Source: a bacterium (GTDB taxonomy: Bacteria > Pseudomonadota > Alphaproteobacteria > Rhizobiales > JAKIUO01). From it: a DNA stretch of 64,000 bases. Below the pieces are notes generated by a model. That model saw nothing but the letters and a program-made list of their open reading frames with translations. It was not told the DNA's origin and did no database searches. Location: assembly GCA_024228495.1 (NCBI GenBank), contig JAAETJ010000996.1, positions 34,211 to 98,210 on the forward strand, given 5' to 3'. The translations under genes and the position numbers were made by a program. This document shows positions 19,836-30,812 of this stretch, piece after piece; position 1 is the stretch's first letter, and every line of letters starts with the position of its first letter.

Positions 19836-20486
19836 CTAATCCATCTCTTCGTTGATACGCTCCAGCGGCACAAAACGCACAGGCAAAGTCTGTTGCCGTT
19901 CAAAACCGTTATTTGTGCGCTCAATAATCGTGATTTTCTGGCTGTCTCGACTATCGCCAACCGGCATTACCAAACGACCACCTAAAGCCAATTGACCAAG
20001 CAAAGGCGGTGGCACTTCGGGAGCAGCGGCCGTCACAATAATACGGTCGAATGGAGCCTGCTCCGGCCACCCTTCAAAGCCATCACCTACTTTGGTAACG
20101 ATATTATCAAGCTCAAGTTCGTCAAACTTTTGCTGCGCAGCGGTGTGTAGTTCTCGATGAGATTCAATCGTGAAGACACGACTTCCCAAATGGGACAGAA
20201 CCGCTGTTTGGTACCCTGAACCGGTACCAATCTCCAATATCTTTTGTGATTTATCAACCGCAAGAACTTCGCTCATATATGCGACAACATAGGGTTGCGA
20301 AATGGTTTGCCCGCAGTCAATCGGCAGAGCAATATCGTAGTAGGCCTGTTCCTTGAAAGCCGGATGCGTAAAAAATTCTCGCGGCACGAGTTCCATCGCC
20401 CGCAATATCTCAATATCGCCAATCCCTTTTTTGCGCAGGGCCATGACGAGAGAAACCTGATCATTGACACCAATGGTATTTATCAT
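19836..20486 (-). CDS. pcm: Protein-L-isoaspartate O-methyltransferase
   Basis: 216 aa with TISQPYVVA and the SAM motif ILEIGTGSGYQTAVL. Confidence 0.95.
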   Translation of the reverse strand: MINTIGVNDQVSLVMALRKKGIGDIEILRAMELVPREFFTHPAFKEQAYYDIALPIDCGQTISQPYVVAYMSEVLAVDKSQKILEIGTGSGYQTAVLSHLGSRVFTIESHRELHTAAQQKFDELELDNIVTKVGDGFEGWPEQAPFDRIIVTAAAPEVPPPLLGQLALGGRLVMPVGDSRDSQKITIIERTNNGFERQQTLPVRFVPLERINEEMD

Positions 20487-20594
20487 GATTAGCTCTTTTG
20501 CTGATTACCCTGTTTACCCACCTAATCTATGTCTTTATGAGCTTGTAGACAATAGTGTCAAAGACGGGGCTAAATAACAAAAAACAAAAACCAT

Positions 20595-21377
20595 CTATTC
20601 TTCAAGTTTGTTGTGCAGAGACTGACAAGTTTCATAATGTGTCAAATCCAGGTGCATCGGCGTCACAGATATCAGTTGCGAGTGGATTGCTCCAAGGTCT
20701 GATCCTTGAGGGGGATTTCGCGTATTTCGTTTATATTGCAACCAGTAATAGGGAGCACCATGCATGTCCTCGCGGCGCAGGAATTTCAGAGAGATGTTGG
20801 GATCCGCGTAACCCTGACTGGTGACTTCGATGCCCCTCACCTCATCAGGCTTGCAATCTGGGAAATTGACATTGATGAGTACACGCGGTGGCCAGCCTGC
20901 GGCCATTAATTTCTCAATCGTTTTAACGCCGTGAGCAGCTGCTGTATCCCATTTTATTCCTCTCTCGCCATCACCTCCTCCTCTCCTTCCATAACCGGCC
21001 TGCGACAGTGCAATTGAGGGGATTCCAAGCAAAGTGCCTTCCATCGCTCCAGCGATAGTTCCGGAATAAGTCGCATCATCTGAAGTATTTTGTCCGCGAT
21101 TAACCCCCGACAATATCAGATCAGGTTTTTGATCGCCCAGCAGTTCAAGAACGCCGATCAATACGCAATCTGTAGGGGTGCCTGTAATGGCCATTTTACG
21201 ATCATGCAAGTAACGTACTCGCAGGGGATCATGCAAAGTCAAAGAATGAGAGACGCCGCTTTGATTGGTCTCGGGGGCAACGATCCAAACATCGTCGCTT
21301 AGCTTATCAGCAATCTGCTTCAAGATATCAAGACCGGGTGCGTGAATGCCATCATCATTTGTCAAAAGAATACGCAT
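20595..21377 (-). CDS. surE: 5'/3'-nucleotidase SurE
   Basis: 260 aa with N-terminal [15 protein letters not shown] and SGVNRGQN. Confidence 0.95.
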   Translation of the reverse strand: MRILLTNDDGIHAPGLDILKQIADKLSDDVWIVAPETNQSGVSHSLTLHDPLRVRYLHDRKMAITGTPTDCVLIGVLELLGDQKPDLILSGVNRGQNTSDDATYSGTIAGAMEGTLLGIPSIALSQAGYGRRGGGDGERGIKWDTAAAHGVKTIEKLMAAGWPPRVLINVNFPDCKPDEVRGIEVTSQGYADPNISLKFLRREDMHGAPYYWLQYKRNTRNPPQGSDLGAIHSQLISVTPMHLDLTHYETCQSLHNKLEE

Positions 21378-22657
21378 TATTTGACGCCGATCTTCTCTAA
21401 GCCATTCATGTACGGCTGCAAGGCCTTTGGCACCAAAATGCTACCATCAGCCTGTTGATAGTTTTCAAGCACCGCGACCAACGTGCGCCCGACTGCCAGC
21501 CCCGAGCCGTTTAAAGTATGGACAAAGCCGATATCCTTTTGACCATCAGCTCTAAACCGCGCGTTCATTCGGCGCGCCTGAAAGTCACCGCAAACTGATA
21601 TGCTGGAAATCTCACGATAGGTATCTTGGCCTGGCAACCAGACCTCAAGATCAAACGTGCGCCGGGCGGCAAAGCCCATATCTCCAGTGCATAGCAGCAT
21701 GACCCGATAGTGCAGCCCAAGACGCTTGAGAACCTCTTCCGCACATTTCGTCATGTGCTCATGTTCATCATTCGATTTGTCTGGATGTGCAATCGAGATC
21801 ATTTCGACTTTTGAAAACTGATGCTGACGTATCATGCCGCGAGTATCTCTGCCAGCCGATCCAGCTTCTGAGCGAAAACAAGATGTATGGGCTGTAAAGC
21901 GCAAAGGCAATTGACGCTCTTCGACAATTTGCTCGCGCACCAGATTGGCAAGCGGTACCTCTCCGGTGGGGATCAGCCAATAACCATCTTCAGTACGAAA
22001 CAAATCCTCAGCAAATTTTGGCAATTGGGCCGTGCCAAAAACGGCGTCATCGCGCACCAGCAACGGCACATTGATTTCTTCATATCCATGCTCGCTTGTG
22101 TGCATGTCGAGCATAAAGGCTGCAAGGGCACGCTCGAGTCGCGCTAGTTCGGCGCGTAAAACAACAAATCTCGAGCCGGACATTTTGGACGCGAGATCAA
22201 AGTCCATTTTTCCCAGATCTTCGCCAATCTCGAAATGCTGTTTTGGCTCAAAGTCAAAAGTTGGGATCTCCCCTTGCGTGCGCACAAGCTGGTTATCTTC
22301 TTCACCGCCCCCTTTGGGGACATCACTAAAGGGTATATTGGGGATCGCGGCTAGAATATCGCCTATCTCGTGGTTCAGGCGGCGCTCTATTTCTTCCCCA
22401 GCCCGAATCAAATCTTTTTGATCAGCGATCTCGTCAATCAGTTTTTGCGCCAGCTTGTCATCACCAACCCCCTTGGCCTTGCCAATTTGCCTGGCAGCTT
22501 CATTACGCTTGCCTTGGGCTTCTTGCAGCTTGGCAATCGCGTTGCGGCGCTCAAAATCCAGTGCCACAACTTCCCTGGCATGCGGTTCAAGCCCCCGCAA
22601 AGCCAAACCTGCATCAAATTCTTGGGAATTTTTACGTATCCATTTTATATCAAACAA
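21377..22657 (-). CDS. serS: Serine--tRNA ligase
   Basis: 426 aa with an N-terminal coiled-coil arm and class II motifs ([32 protein letters not shown]). Confidence 0.95.
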   Translation of the reverse strand: MFDIKWIRKNSQEFDAGLALRGLEPHAREVVALDFERRNAIAKLQEAQGKRNEAARQIGKAKGVGDDKLAQKLIDEIADQKDLIRAGEEIERRLNHEIGDILAAIPNIPFSDVPKGGGEEDNQLVRTQGEIPTFDFEPKQHFEIGEDLGKMDFDLASKMSGSRFVVLRAELARLERALAAFMLDMHTSEHGYEEINVPLLVRDDAVFGTAQLPKFAEDLFRTEDGYWLIPTGEVPLANLVREQIVEERQLPLRFTAHTSCFRSEAGSAGRDTRGMIRQHQFSKVEMISIAHPDKSNDEHEHMTKCAEEVLKRLGLHYRVMLLCTGDMGFAARRTFDLEVWLPGQDTYREISSISVCGDFQARRMNARFRADGQKDIGFVHTLNGSGLAVGRTLVAVLENYQQADGSILVPKALQPYMNGLEKIGVK

Positions 22658-22757
22658 GGAGAGTTCTCGCTCTATATGAGGTCAGATTGATTGCGATAGT
22701 GATAGTCTGATTAGCGCTTTGCAGCAAGAACTCGCGCCAATAAATCAATCGCCGGGA

Positions 22758-23579
22758 TCAATCTTCTTCGGCCTCATTGTCTTCCTCTTCCTCTGCGCGC
22801 TTTTTTTCCACAAACTGAACGGCCAGAATCGACAGCTCGTAGAGCGCCAGAGTTGGAATCGCCAAACCAGTCTGGGTGATCAGATCAGGGGGAGTTAAAA
22901 AAGCCGCCATCGCAAAAACACCTACAACAGCAAACTTGCGTTTGGCACGCAAAGCGTCAGCAGTAACAAGACCGGCGCGCCCCATCAAAGTGAGAATAAC
23001 CGGCATCTGAAAACTCATGCCAAAAGCCAGAATCAGCAACATGATAAAGCTAAGATATTCGCTGACCTTGAAAAAGTCTTTGATCAGCGCCCTGCCCGTA
23101 TCAGGATCAACAGGTCCAGTTGCAGCTTGCGCGAGAAAGAACGCCATGGCCAGCGGCATTATTAGAAAATAGACCAACGCGGCTCCCATCACGAACAGGA
23201 TCGGCGTGGCAATTAGATAGGGAATGAATGATTTGCGCTCATTTTTGTACAAGCCTGGCGCAACAAACATATAAACTTGCGAAGCGATCAGTGGAAAGGC
23301 CATAAACATCGCGCCGAACAAAGCAAGCTTTAGCTTGGTGAAAAAATATTCGGGGGGAGATGTGTAAATCATCTGTAGTTTGGAATAACCACCAGCCGCA
23401 GAAGCCGCAGGCCATAGCAATATGCGAAACAATTCATCAGAAAAATAAAAGCAGATCAAAAACGCCACGCTAATGCCGGCAATCGCCCATATCAATCGCT
23501 GACGGAGCTCAATAAGATGCGAGATCAGCGGTGCTTTGCTGTCGTCAACAGCATTCCTTTCAGATTGAAGATCGCTCAC
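22758..23579 (-). CDS. tatC: Twin-arginine translocase subunit TatC
   Basis: 273 aa, six TM segments, HLIELRQRLI and FVAPGLYKNER. Confidence 0.95.
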   Translation of the reverse strand: MSDLQSERNAVDDSKAPLISHLIELRQRLIWAIAGISVAFLICFYFSDELFRILLWPAASAAGGYSKLQMIYTSPPEYFFTKLKLALFGAMFMAFPLIASQVYMFVAPGLYKNERKSFIPYLIATPILFVMGAALVYFLIMPLAMAFFLAQAATGPVDPDTGRALIKDFFKVSEYLSFIMLLILAFGMSFQMPVILTLMGRAGLVTADALRAKRKFAVVGVFAMAAFLTPPDLITQTGLAIPTLALYELSILAVQFVEKKRAEEEEDNEAEED

Positions 23580-23582
23580 AGA

Positions 23583-24032
23583 TCAGGTTCCACTCTTTTT
23601 AGCCAGAACCACATCATTATCTTGCGTTCCGCTTGATGTTTTTGTTTCGGCGTCCGGAGGCGGCGCTGTATCAAGACCTTCTAAACCGCTCTCACGAAGT
23701 GCTCTTTCCGTGGCAGTTTCCTTTTGCAGATCTTCTTGTTCCTTATCGAGGACATCTTGATTGTGCTCCTCAAAATCAATGAGATCTTCTTCACCAAAAG
23801 GATCATCGTCAAGATCTTCGGTCACTCCCTCAATACTCTCTTGAATATCTTCCATTGGCTCCTTGATAGCTTCATCAACCTGGGAACGAAAATCACCGGC
23901 AATGCGTTTCACCTGTCCAATATAGCGACCAATGGTCCGCAGTAGAGAGGGCAACTCTTCAGGCCCGACGACAATGATTACAAGCACTGCCAGCAGCATC
24001 AATTCACTGAATCCGATACCGATATCAAACAT
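23583..24032 (-). CDS. tatB: Twin-arginine translocase subunit TatB
   Basis: 149 aa with MFDIGIGFSELMLLAVLVIIVVGPEELP and an acidic tail. Confidence 0.9.
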   Translation of the reverse strand: MFDIGIGFSELMLLAVLVIIVVGPEELPSLLRTIGRYIGQVKRIAGDFRSQVDEAIKEPMEDIQESIEGVTEDLDDDPFGEEDLIDFEEHNQDVLDKEQEDLQKETATERALRESGLEGLDTAPPPDAETKTSSGTQDNDVVLAKKSGT

Positions 24033-24091
24033 GAAAATCCTTATGGGTAATGAAGGGACTGTTCAATAAAGAACAGCCAAAGCACGGCAGT

Positions 24092-24319
24092 CTAACTTGC
24101 CTTGCTTCCTTCTTTGCTCGCGTCCGTTGCAGCTTTTGCTTCGTGCTCTATTGTGCGTGACGTTTTGTCAGATGCTTCTTCAACATCGTCCGCCATGCCT
24201 TTTTTGAAGCTCTTGATACCTTTTGCGACGTCGCCCATCATTTCTGATATTTTTCCGCGGCCAAACAAAAGAACCAGCAGAACTACGACGAGCAGGATTT
24301 GTGGCCAACCTGGTGACAT
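24092..24319 (-). CDS. tatA: Twin-arginine translocase subunit TatA
   Basis: [37 protein letters not shown]. The start at MSPGWPQ (24319) is preferred. The ORF is open to 24337. Confidence 0.9.
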   Translation of the reverse strand: MSPGWPQILLVVVLLVLLFGRGKISEMMGDVAKGIKSFKKGMADDVEEASDKTSRTIEHEAKAATDASKEGSKAS

Positions 24320-24453
24320 GCATTTATCTCCTTGCAACTAATGCCTTTTACCTAAAAGGCTTCGAAAAACTATTTTCTAACAGGCAATATTGCAAAAACA
24401 ATGGCTACCTGCAAGCATCGCAGCGAAAAAGGCTAAACAGCGTTCGTTGGCCC

Positions 24454-25083
24454 CTATTCATCGCACTCTTCGAGTGGTAATTCATCTTGCTGTAATGCCA
24501 TATCATCGTGTGGCAGTGGCACATTGAACCCAATTGGCAGATTATTATCCAGTAATCCAGCGCCCTTCAATTCGGAAAGTCCCGGCAATTCCGTGATCGA
24601 ATCAAAGCCAAAATGCTCCAAAAAACCTTCACTTGTGCCGTATGTCACAGGTCGCCCAGGCGTCATTCTTCGCCCGCGCGGGCGAACCCAGCTGGTTTCA
24701 AGCAGCACATCCAGCGTGCCTTTGGACGTAGTCACGCCTCTAATTTCTTCTATTTCAGCCCGGGTCGTTGGCTGATGATAGGCAATAATTGCCAGTGTTT
24801 CGAGAGCAGCTCTCGACAGTTTGCGGGGCACAACCTTGTGCCGCTCCAGCAAATCGCTTAGATCAATCGCAGTTCTAAACGCCCATTTTCCTGCGACATT
24901 GACGAGATGAACACCGCGTTTTTCGTAGTGCCGCTGCAACACTTGAAGATCTTCCTCGATTTTTCCCCTGTGATCATCATCTTCTAGGCTTAGATAAGCC
25001 AGCAAGGTGCGAAGATCGAGTGACTCGGTCGCTGCAAACAGCAAGGCTTCAAGCTTACGCTGTTGGTCCGTTATGCTGCTCAT
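24454..25083 (-). CDS. scpB: Segregation and condensation protein B
   Basis: 209 aa with LEALLFA, IAYHQPTTRAEIEEIRGV and a winged-helix pair. Confidence 0.9.
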   Translation of the reverse strand: MSSITDQQRKLEALLFAATESLDLRTLLAYLSLEDDDHRGKIEEDLQVLQRHYEKRGVHLVNVAGKWAFRTAIDLSDLLERHKVVPRKLSRAALETLAIIAYHQPTTRAEIEEIRGVTTSKGTLDVLLETSWVRPRGRRMTPGRPVTYGTSEGFLEHFGFDSITELPGLSELKGAGLLDNNLPIGFNVPLPHDDMALQQDELPLEECDE

Positions 25084-25934
25084 TCATTTTCTCCCTTGCG
25101 CCGAAGATAGAGGGGATTGAAAGGGCTGTCCTGACGTAATTCAATGACACCCTCATGAGCCATTTCCAACGAGGCCCCAAAAGCTGCAGCAAGAGCCGTC
25201 CGGCTCTCAACCGGATCGGCTAAAAATCCTGCCAATAGCGAATCAATAGGTGCCCAGTCACAGTCAAAACCGATAATTTTCTCTAACTGTTTTCTTGCTT
25301 GCTTGATCGACCAGACCTTGCGCCGTTCGTGCCCGGGATGCACGACAGACACGACCTTGCGAAGACGACCAGCGGCATAGGCGGTTAGCAAATCATAAAT
25401 ATCAGCTTCATAAAGACTTTTTCGCAGCACTGTGATGCCTTCAGGTTGCCCTCTTGGGAAAAAGTCATTGTGCAGCTGTTTTCCTTCAAGCAAGACCTGC
25501 CCTGCACCGCGCATGGCTTCCAGTCGCTTAAGGCGAAAGGCCAGCCTTGCGGCTAATTCATCGCCACTTAGTTCTTCCTCACCATCGCGATCATCTGGTA
25601 ATAGGAGGCGAGATTTCAGATAAGTCAACCAAGCCGCCATCACCAGATAATCCGCAGCAATATCCAAGCGCAAGACACGGGCCTTGTCGACAAAGGTCAA
25701 ATATTGCTCTGCCAGAAACAAAATCGATATATTGGTGAGATCAATCTTGTGAGTTCTGGCCAGCGCCAGCATTAAATCGAGCGGCCCCTCAAACCCTTCA
25801 ATATCGACGATAAAACTGCTATCAGACGCATTTTTAGGAAGGCATTGCTCTTGCCCTTCCCAGTCATCGTCATTTTGATACTTGTCTTTATCTGCCATGA
25901 GATCCATTGCGCACAAAACAAACATCGAGGTCAA
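25080..25934 (-). CDS. scpA: Segregation and condensation protein A
   Basis: The kleisin N-terminus FEGPLDLMLALARTHKIDL is present, and there is a 4-nt overlap with scpB. The start is ambiguous, with several in-frame Met codons between 25898 and 25934. Confidence 0.85.
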   Translation of the reverse strand: MTSMFVLCAMDLMADKDKYQNDDDWEGQEQCLPKNASDSSFIVDIEGFEGPLDLMLALARTHKIDLTNISILFLAEQYLTFVDKARVLRLDIAADYLVMAAWLTYLKSRLLLPDDRDGEEELSGDELAARLAFRLKRLEAMRGAGQVLLEGKQLHNDFFPRGQPEGITVLRKSLYEADIYDLLTAYAAGRLRKVVSVVHPGHERRKVWSIKQARKQLEKIIGFDCDWAPIDSLLAGFLADPVESRTALAAAFGASLEMAHEGVIELRQDSPFNPLYLRRKGENE

Positions 25935-25940
25935 GTGAAG

Positions 25941-26948
25941 TCATGCCTGTAGTCTCGATAGCAAGTCATGTGCCAGCTCGATATCATAGGTAACTGCCGG
26001 TTTAATCTGGTCATGAGCCATATCAAATCTATGTCGTGCTTTGCCATCCAGATCGGGTACGCTTGCAGCCACATCAACCATTTGATCGAAGATGCCTTTG
26101 CAGTACAAGGCCACATCACAGCCAGCTTCAACCACATCATGTCCGCGCTCACCAATCGTACCCGAAAGGGCTTCCATGGAAAGATCATCGCTTATCAGCA
26201 AGCCATAAAAGCCGATCCAACCTCTGATAACCTCCGAGATAATCTGCCTGGACACGCTGACATTGAGGTCAGGGTCAAGATCGGTCATCAGCAGGTGTCC
26301 TGTCATGGCCAAAGGCAAATCATTTAGCGCTTTGAAGGTTTTGAAGTCCGTCTGCTCAAGAACATCTCGCGTATCTTCAATCGTCGGCAGGGCAATGTGA
26401 CTATCAGACGTCGCTCTCCCGTGTCCAGGAATATGCTTGATGACCGGCAGCACACCACCATTTAAATTGCCCCGGGCGACGCAGCGGCCAAGTTCGATAA
26501 TGGCTTCAAGGTCATCCGACAGGGCACGATCACCAATGACGTCATGGGCTCCGGGTACTGGAATATCCAGAAGCGGCACGCAGTTGACATTGATCCCCAC
26601 GTCCAGCAGCTCTTCACTCATCATTTGATAAACCAGTTCAGCTCCAAGCTTTGCTGCTGCGGGAGATGTCTTGTAGAGTTCGCCATAGCGAGCTCCCGCT
26701 GGCCAGACCTTCCAATGAGGCGCGCGCATCCGCTGAATACGTCCGCCTTCTTGATCAATCATGATGAATTGCTGGTCGGATCCAACCGCCTCGCGATAAT
26801 CTGCGACAAGGCGCTTTAGCTGATCTCTGTTTTCGATATTGCGATCAAAGACTATGAGGCCGCAAGGGCGAACCTCTTTGAGGAAAGCTTTTTCCTCATC
26901 GAGCAATCGCAGGCCAGAAACACCGGTTATAAAAGCTTTTAAAGTCAT
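25941..26948 (-). CDS. nagZ: Beta-N-acetylhexosaminidase (GH3)
   Basis: 335 aa with IDQEGGRIQR, KHIPGHGRA and ISDDLSM. Confidence 0.9.
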   Translation of the reverse strand: MTLKAFITGVSGLRLLDEEKAFLKEVRPCGLIVFDRNIENRDQLKRLVADYREAVGSDQQFIMIDQEGGRIQRMRAPHWKVWPAGARYGELYKTSPAAAKLGAELVYQMMSEELLDVGINVNCVPLLDIPVPGAHDVIGDRALSDDLEAIIELGRCVARGNLNGGVLPVIKHIPGHGRATSDSHIALPTIEDTRDVLEQTDFKTFKALNDLPLAMTGHLLMTDLDPDLNVSVSRQIISEVIRGWIGFYGLLISDDLSMEALSGTIGERGHDVVEAGCDVALYCKGIFDQMVDVAASVPDLDGKARHRFDMAHDQIKPAVTYDIELAHDLLSRLQA

Positions 26949-27003
26949 AACTGGGCAAATAGCCTGATTGCAGGAAGTCGGTCAACAATTAAGGAGAACA
27001 GAT

Positions 27004-28947
27004 CTATTTGCGGCGCACAAAACAACCTGGATGACCGGCCTGTTTCAAACTTGTGCACAGATCACTGGCTGCTACTTTGGAGGTAACGGGACCAACACGC
27101 AAACGGTACCATATGCCTTTGTTGCCAAGATCAGCCCGCTGGATGTCGGGCGCATAAGCACCAATGAGGTTGGGATATTTCTGCTGCATGTCGGCAAAAG
27201 CTGCCAGAGCACTCGTTTGAGAACTACGTGATGTAACCTGAACGACAAAAGGATTGCCGATGTTTCCAACAATTCGCGTGGGTGCAACACTGGCAATAAC
27301 AGTTGGTTTTTTTACTTTAACCTGTTTTTTGGCAACAGTCTTTTTGACAATCTGCGACTTGGGAGTATTGGCAACGGGTTTCTTCATAGAGGTGACGTTT
27401 TTGCTGTCCAATATCCGTGCGCTGCTGGCTTCGCGAATGGTCTTCATGCGGCGAATTTTATTGTTCCCCGCAACATTGAAGGCACCTGATCGAGTTTTGG
27501 TTGGCACAATCGCTTTTGGTGTCGGAGCATTTGCTACGCTTTCTTTTACCTTTGGCTTTGCCACGTCATTTCCAGCTGGCCGCAAAATGGTACCATCTGG
27601 TCTTACAATTAGTGTCTTAACGCGGCGAGGCTTGTTCATGATAATAGGTGCGCCAGGTCTCTTGTCTGCCGTATTACTCAACATGCCTTTGCTGGCAGCG
27701 GAGACTTTATCCCCGACAATGTTGGTGTCACCAACAGCCAGATCAACTACTTTTTCTATTGAGTCGCTACCTGAAGCCGTATCACCGCCGCCTAAACGAT
27801 TATGCATCGCTTTATTTATGCTCGCGCTGGCGCCTGCAATTTTATCCTTGATAATTTTGATTGGTGATGAGGTGGCTTTAATCGTTGGAGCTGGTCCACC
27901 TGCACTTCTTGCGCCAAACATATCGGTATATTGATAGGTATAAGCAGCAACACCGCCAACAGCCAAAGCAGCAACAAACGCTCCGCCAAACATGATTTTC
28001 CTGATACCACCATCACCAGTATGTTCTTGCTGGATCGACGAACCGCCAGCATATAACTGTTCCTCTTGACCATAATACTGGTGAGAATTGTCTGGCGTTG
28101 GCCCTGCATACTCGTAGGAGCCTTGTGACGCCTGCATTGGGGACGGTGGAGCCAACTGCCCTGCAGGTAAGTCCTGATAGCCCTGATGAGGCTGTTGAAA
28201 GCTTTGCTGCGGTTGTTCCTGATAGTGTAGCGCAGCCGGATCTTCTGGCTGCCCGTACTGTTCAGCCTCCGGATGAGGCTGTGGAGCATAACCGGCAAAC
28301 TCTTCGCTTGCAGGTCGTTGAGCAGCATAGGGATCGACACTGTTTGGAACGGCACTATTGATAGCTTGCTGTTCTTCCCGAATTTCCTCTGAAACACTTT
28401 CATCAAACTGATTTTGCATTTGCACCAAACGTTGTGAAATCTGGTTACCTGTCGTAGTCGCAGCCGCCGCGTCGCCATATCCAGCATCCGCGCCATAATG
28501 CAGAGCCGCAGCAACCTGTGGAAGCGGCGCTGGCATCATTTGATCCGCGTGGGGCTGCATTGACGGTGGGACAGCAACAACAGGGACATCAGGTAATACA
28601 GAATGTCCCTGTGGATACTGATAATCGTCAACTGGCGTTTCAAATTGTGGAGCGGCAGGTTCACTGTAGGATTCATACGTGTTTCCAGGCAGAGGCGGTG
28701 CTAGTTGTCCGGCAACTTGGGGGGGCATGTAGGGAGCTGGCTGTCCGGCCTGTGGTTGCCCATGCAGATTTGGTTGCTGGATTGGCTGGTGAACAGGTGC
28801 AGGATTGGGTGGTGCCAATTGCTGGGCAGCCGGATGATAGGCCCCGGGGTCCATTTGCGGTTGAGGAGGGTGCTGACCAGAGTTCTGCATTTGTTGCGGT
28901 TGTCCGAAAACATTTCGGCCATTGTGAGGATTATCAGACTTTGTCAT
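27004..28947 (-). CDS. SPOR-domain protein with a long Pro/Gln-rich low-complexity N-terminal region and one TM
   Basis: 647 aa. The C-terminal SPOR fold is FVVQVTSRSSQTSALAAFADMQQKYPNL...IWYRLRVGP. The TM is FGGAFVAALAVGGVAAYTY. About 300 aa are P/Q/A/Y-rich. Confidence 0.8.
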   Translation of the reverse strand: MTKSDNPHNGRNVFGQPQQMQNSGQHPPQPQMDPGAYHPAAQQLAPPNPAPVHQPIQQPNLHGQPQAGQPAPYMPPQVAGQLAPPLPGNTYESYSEPAAPQFETPVDDYQYPQGHSVLPDVPVVAVPPSMQPHADQMMPAPLPQVAAALHYGADAGYGDAAAATTTGNQISQRLVQMQNQFDESVSEEIREEQQAINSAVPNSVDPYAAQRPASEEFAGYAPQPHPEAEQYGQPEDPAALHYQEQPQQSFQQPHQGYQDLPAGQLAPPSPMQASQGSYEYAGPTPDNSHQYYGQEEQLYAGGSSIQQEHTGDGGIRKIMFGGAFVAALAVGGVAAYTYQYTDMFGARSAGGPAPTIKATSSPIKIIKDKIAGASASINKAMHNRLGGGDTASGSDSIEKVVDLAVGDTNIVGDKVSAASKGMLSNTADKRPGAPIIMNKPRRVKTLIVRPDGTILRPAGNDVAKPKVKESVANAPTPKAIVPTKTRSGAFNVAGNNKIRRMKTIREASSARILDSKNVTSMKKPVANTPKSQIVKKTVAKKQVKVKKPTVIASVAPTRIVGNIGNPFVVQVTSRSSQTSALAAFADMQQKYPNLIGAYAPDIQRADLGNKGIWYRLRVGPVTSKVAASDLCTSLKQAGHPGCFVRRK

Positions 28948-28995
28948 AACCAGCTTCCTTAGCCATATGTTATTGATGCCCCATGAAGTTGAACC

Positions 28996-30759
28996 CTATC
29001 TCATTTCCTCGATTGGGTGAACTCCAAGAATTCCAAGCCCGGATGCAAGCGTTTTTGCAATTGCTAATAATAGCACTGCACGCGCACCGGTTACTTTTTT
29101 GTTACCATCACTGATAAATCTTAATTCCGGCTTTTCTGTGCCTCGGCTCCACTGCATATGCAAGTCGGCTGCCAACTCATAAAGATAAAACGCAACTCGA
29201 TGGGGCTCATGGGCTTTGGCGGCCTGTTCAATTATGCGCGGATATTGCGCCAAGCGCTTCACCAGCGCAACTTCTCCGCTATCAACCAGCAGTGACAAAT
29301 CTTCGCTCAAGGGATCAATATCGGCAATATCAAGGTCCGGCATTTCCAGTGGAATTTTCCGATAAAGGACCGAGTGAACCCGTGCATGAGCATATTGTAC
29401 ATAAAACACAGGATTGTCTTTTGACTGCTCTTGCACTTTATAAAAATCGAAATCGAGCGAGGCATCGTTTTTGCGATACAGCATAATAAAACGTACCACG
29501 TCGGAGCCAACTTCATCCACCACTTCACGCAAGGTGATGAAAGTGCCAAGGCGCTTACCCATCTTAACGGGTTTGCCGCCACGCAATAGCTTTACAAGCT
29601 GGCAAATCTTCACGTCCAGCTCTGCTTCGCCATCTGATAGAGCCTTTACAGCAGCTTTCATGCGTTTGATATAGCCGGAGTGATCCGCCCCAAGCACATC
29701 AATCATGCTGGTAAAACCGCGCATATATTTATCGCGGTGATAGGCAATGTCAGAAGCAAAATAGGTATGGCTGCCATCGGCTTTGGCCAGCGCCCGGTCC
29801 ACATCATCACCAAAATCGGTAGCACGAAACAAGGTTTGCTCCCGATCTTCCCAGTCATCGGGAAGCTTGCCCTTTGGCGGCGGCAGTGTGCCCTCGTAGA
29901 TAAGCCCCTTATCGCGCAAATCCTCTATGGATTGCGCCACCATATTCACGTCACCCTCTTTGAGACTACGCTCCGAAAAAAACTGGTCAAATGTGATATT
30001 AAGGGTTTTGAGGTCGCCCCGTATCTGATCCATCATCGCGTCAATAGCAAAATCGCGAATGGTTTCAAGCCATTGGCTTTCTTCCTGACCCTTGAACTCG
30101 TCACCATGTTTTTCAGCAAGATCAGCCCCAACAGCTTTCAGATAATCGCCAGGATAAAGACCTTCAGGGATATCCCCGATCTCTTCGCCAAGCGCTTCTA
30201 GATAACGCAAATAAGCGGAGCGGGCCAAAACATCAACCTGCGCGCCTGCATCATTTATGTAATATTCGCGTGATACGTCAAACCCCGTAAAATCAAGCAG
30301 GTTGGCCAGTGCGTCGCCAAACACAGCTCCCCGCACATGTCCCACGTGCATGGGACCCGTTGGGTTAGCCGACACAAATTCCACGTTGATCTTTTGCCCC
30401 TGCCCCAGCTGGCTACGGCCATAGAGCCCTTCATTGTCAAAGGCTGCGATGAGGATTTTTTGCCAAAAAAGGGCCGTGATCGAGATATTGATAAATCCGG
30501 GACCAGCGATCTCGGCTTTTTTCACATCATCCAGCTGTAACAAAAGCTCAGTTATTTTTTTCGCCAGATCGCGTGGCGGCATTTTCGCCATCTTGGCGAG
30601 TACCATCGCCGCATTCGTGGCGATATCGCCATGTGATGGATCGCGCGGCGGCTCCACCGTTATCCGGCTAAAGTCAGCATCCAAGGGCAAGACACCTTGC
30701 TCGCGCAATGCCTCCAGAACGCCCGTTAATTGTTCGCCAAAGTGGGTATAGAGGTTCAT
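28996..30759 (-). CDS. argS: Arginine--tRNA ligase
   Basis: 587 aa with a HIGH-type motif ([12 protein letters not shown]), a KMSK-like motif (MGKR) and the C-terminal anticodon-binding DALR domain. Confidence 0.95.
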   Translation of the reverse strand: MNLYTHFGEQLTGVLEALREQGVLPLDADFSRITVEPPRDPSHGDIATNAAMVLAKMAKMPPRDLAKKITELLLQLDDVKKAEIAGPGFINISITALFWQKILIAAFDNEGLYGRSQLGQGQKINVEFVSANPTGPMHVGHVRGAVFGDALANLLDFTGFDVSREYYINDAGAQVDVLARSAYLRYLEALGEEIGDIPEGLYPGDYLKAVGADLAEKHGDEFKGQEESQWLETIRDFAIDAMMDQIRGDLKTLNITFDQFFSERSLKEGDVNMVAQSIEDLRDKGLIYEGTLPPPKGKLPDDWEDREQTLFRATDFGDDVDRALAKADGSHTYFASDIAYHRDKYMRGFTSMIDVLGADHSGYIKRMKAAVKALSDGEAELDVKICQLVKLLRGGKPVKMGKRLGTFITLREVVDEVGSDVVRFIMLYRKNDASLDFDFYKVQEQSKDNPVFYVQYAHARVHSVLYRKIPLEMPDLDIADIDPLSEDLSLLVDSGEVALVKRLAQYPRIIEQAAKAHEPHRVAFYLYELAADLHMQWSRGTEKPELRFISDGNKKVTGARAVLLLAIAKTLASGLGILGVHPIEEMR

Positions 30760-30812
30760 TTTCAGGCCGCCTGACTGATTCTAAAGGGCAAAAATGCCGT
30801 TCAGAAAGGCAC

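Noticed and set aside
27254-28514. Long ORFs 27254..27934 (+) and 27816..28514 (-) inside the SPOR gene
   Set aside because: They are generated by the low-complexity PQ-rich coding repeat of the SPOR protein. They lie in alternative frame or on the opposite strand, with no independent support.
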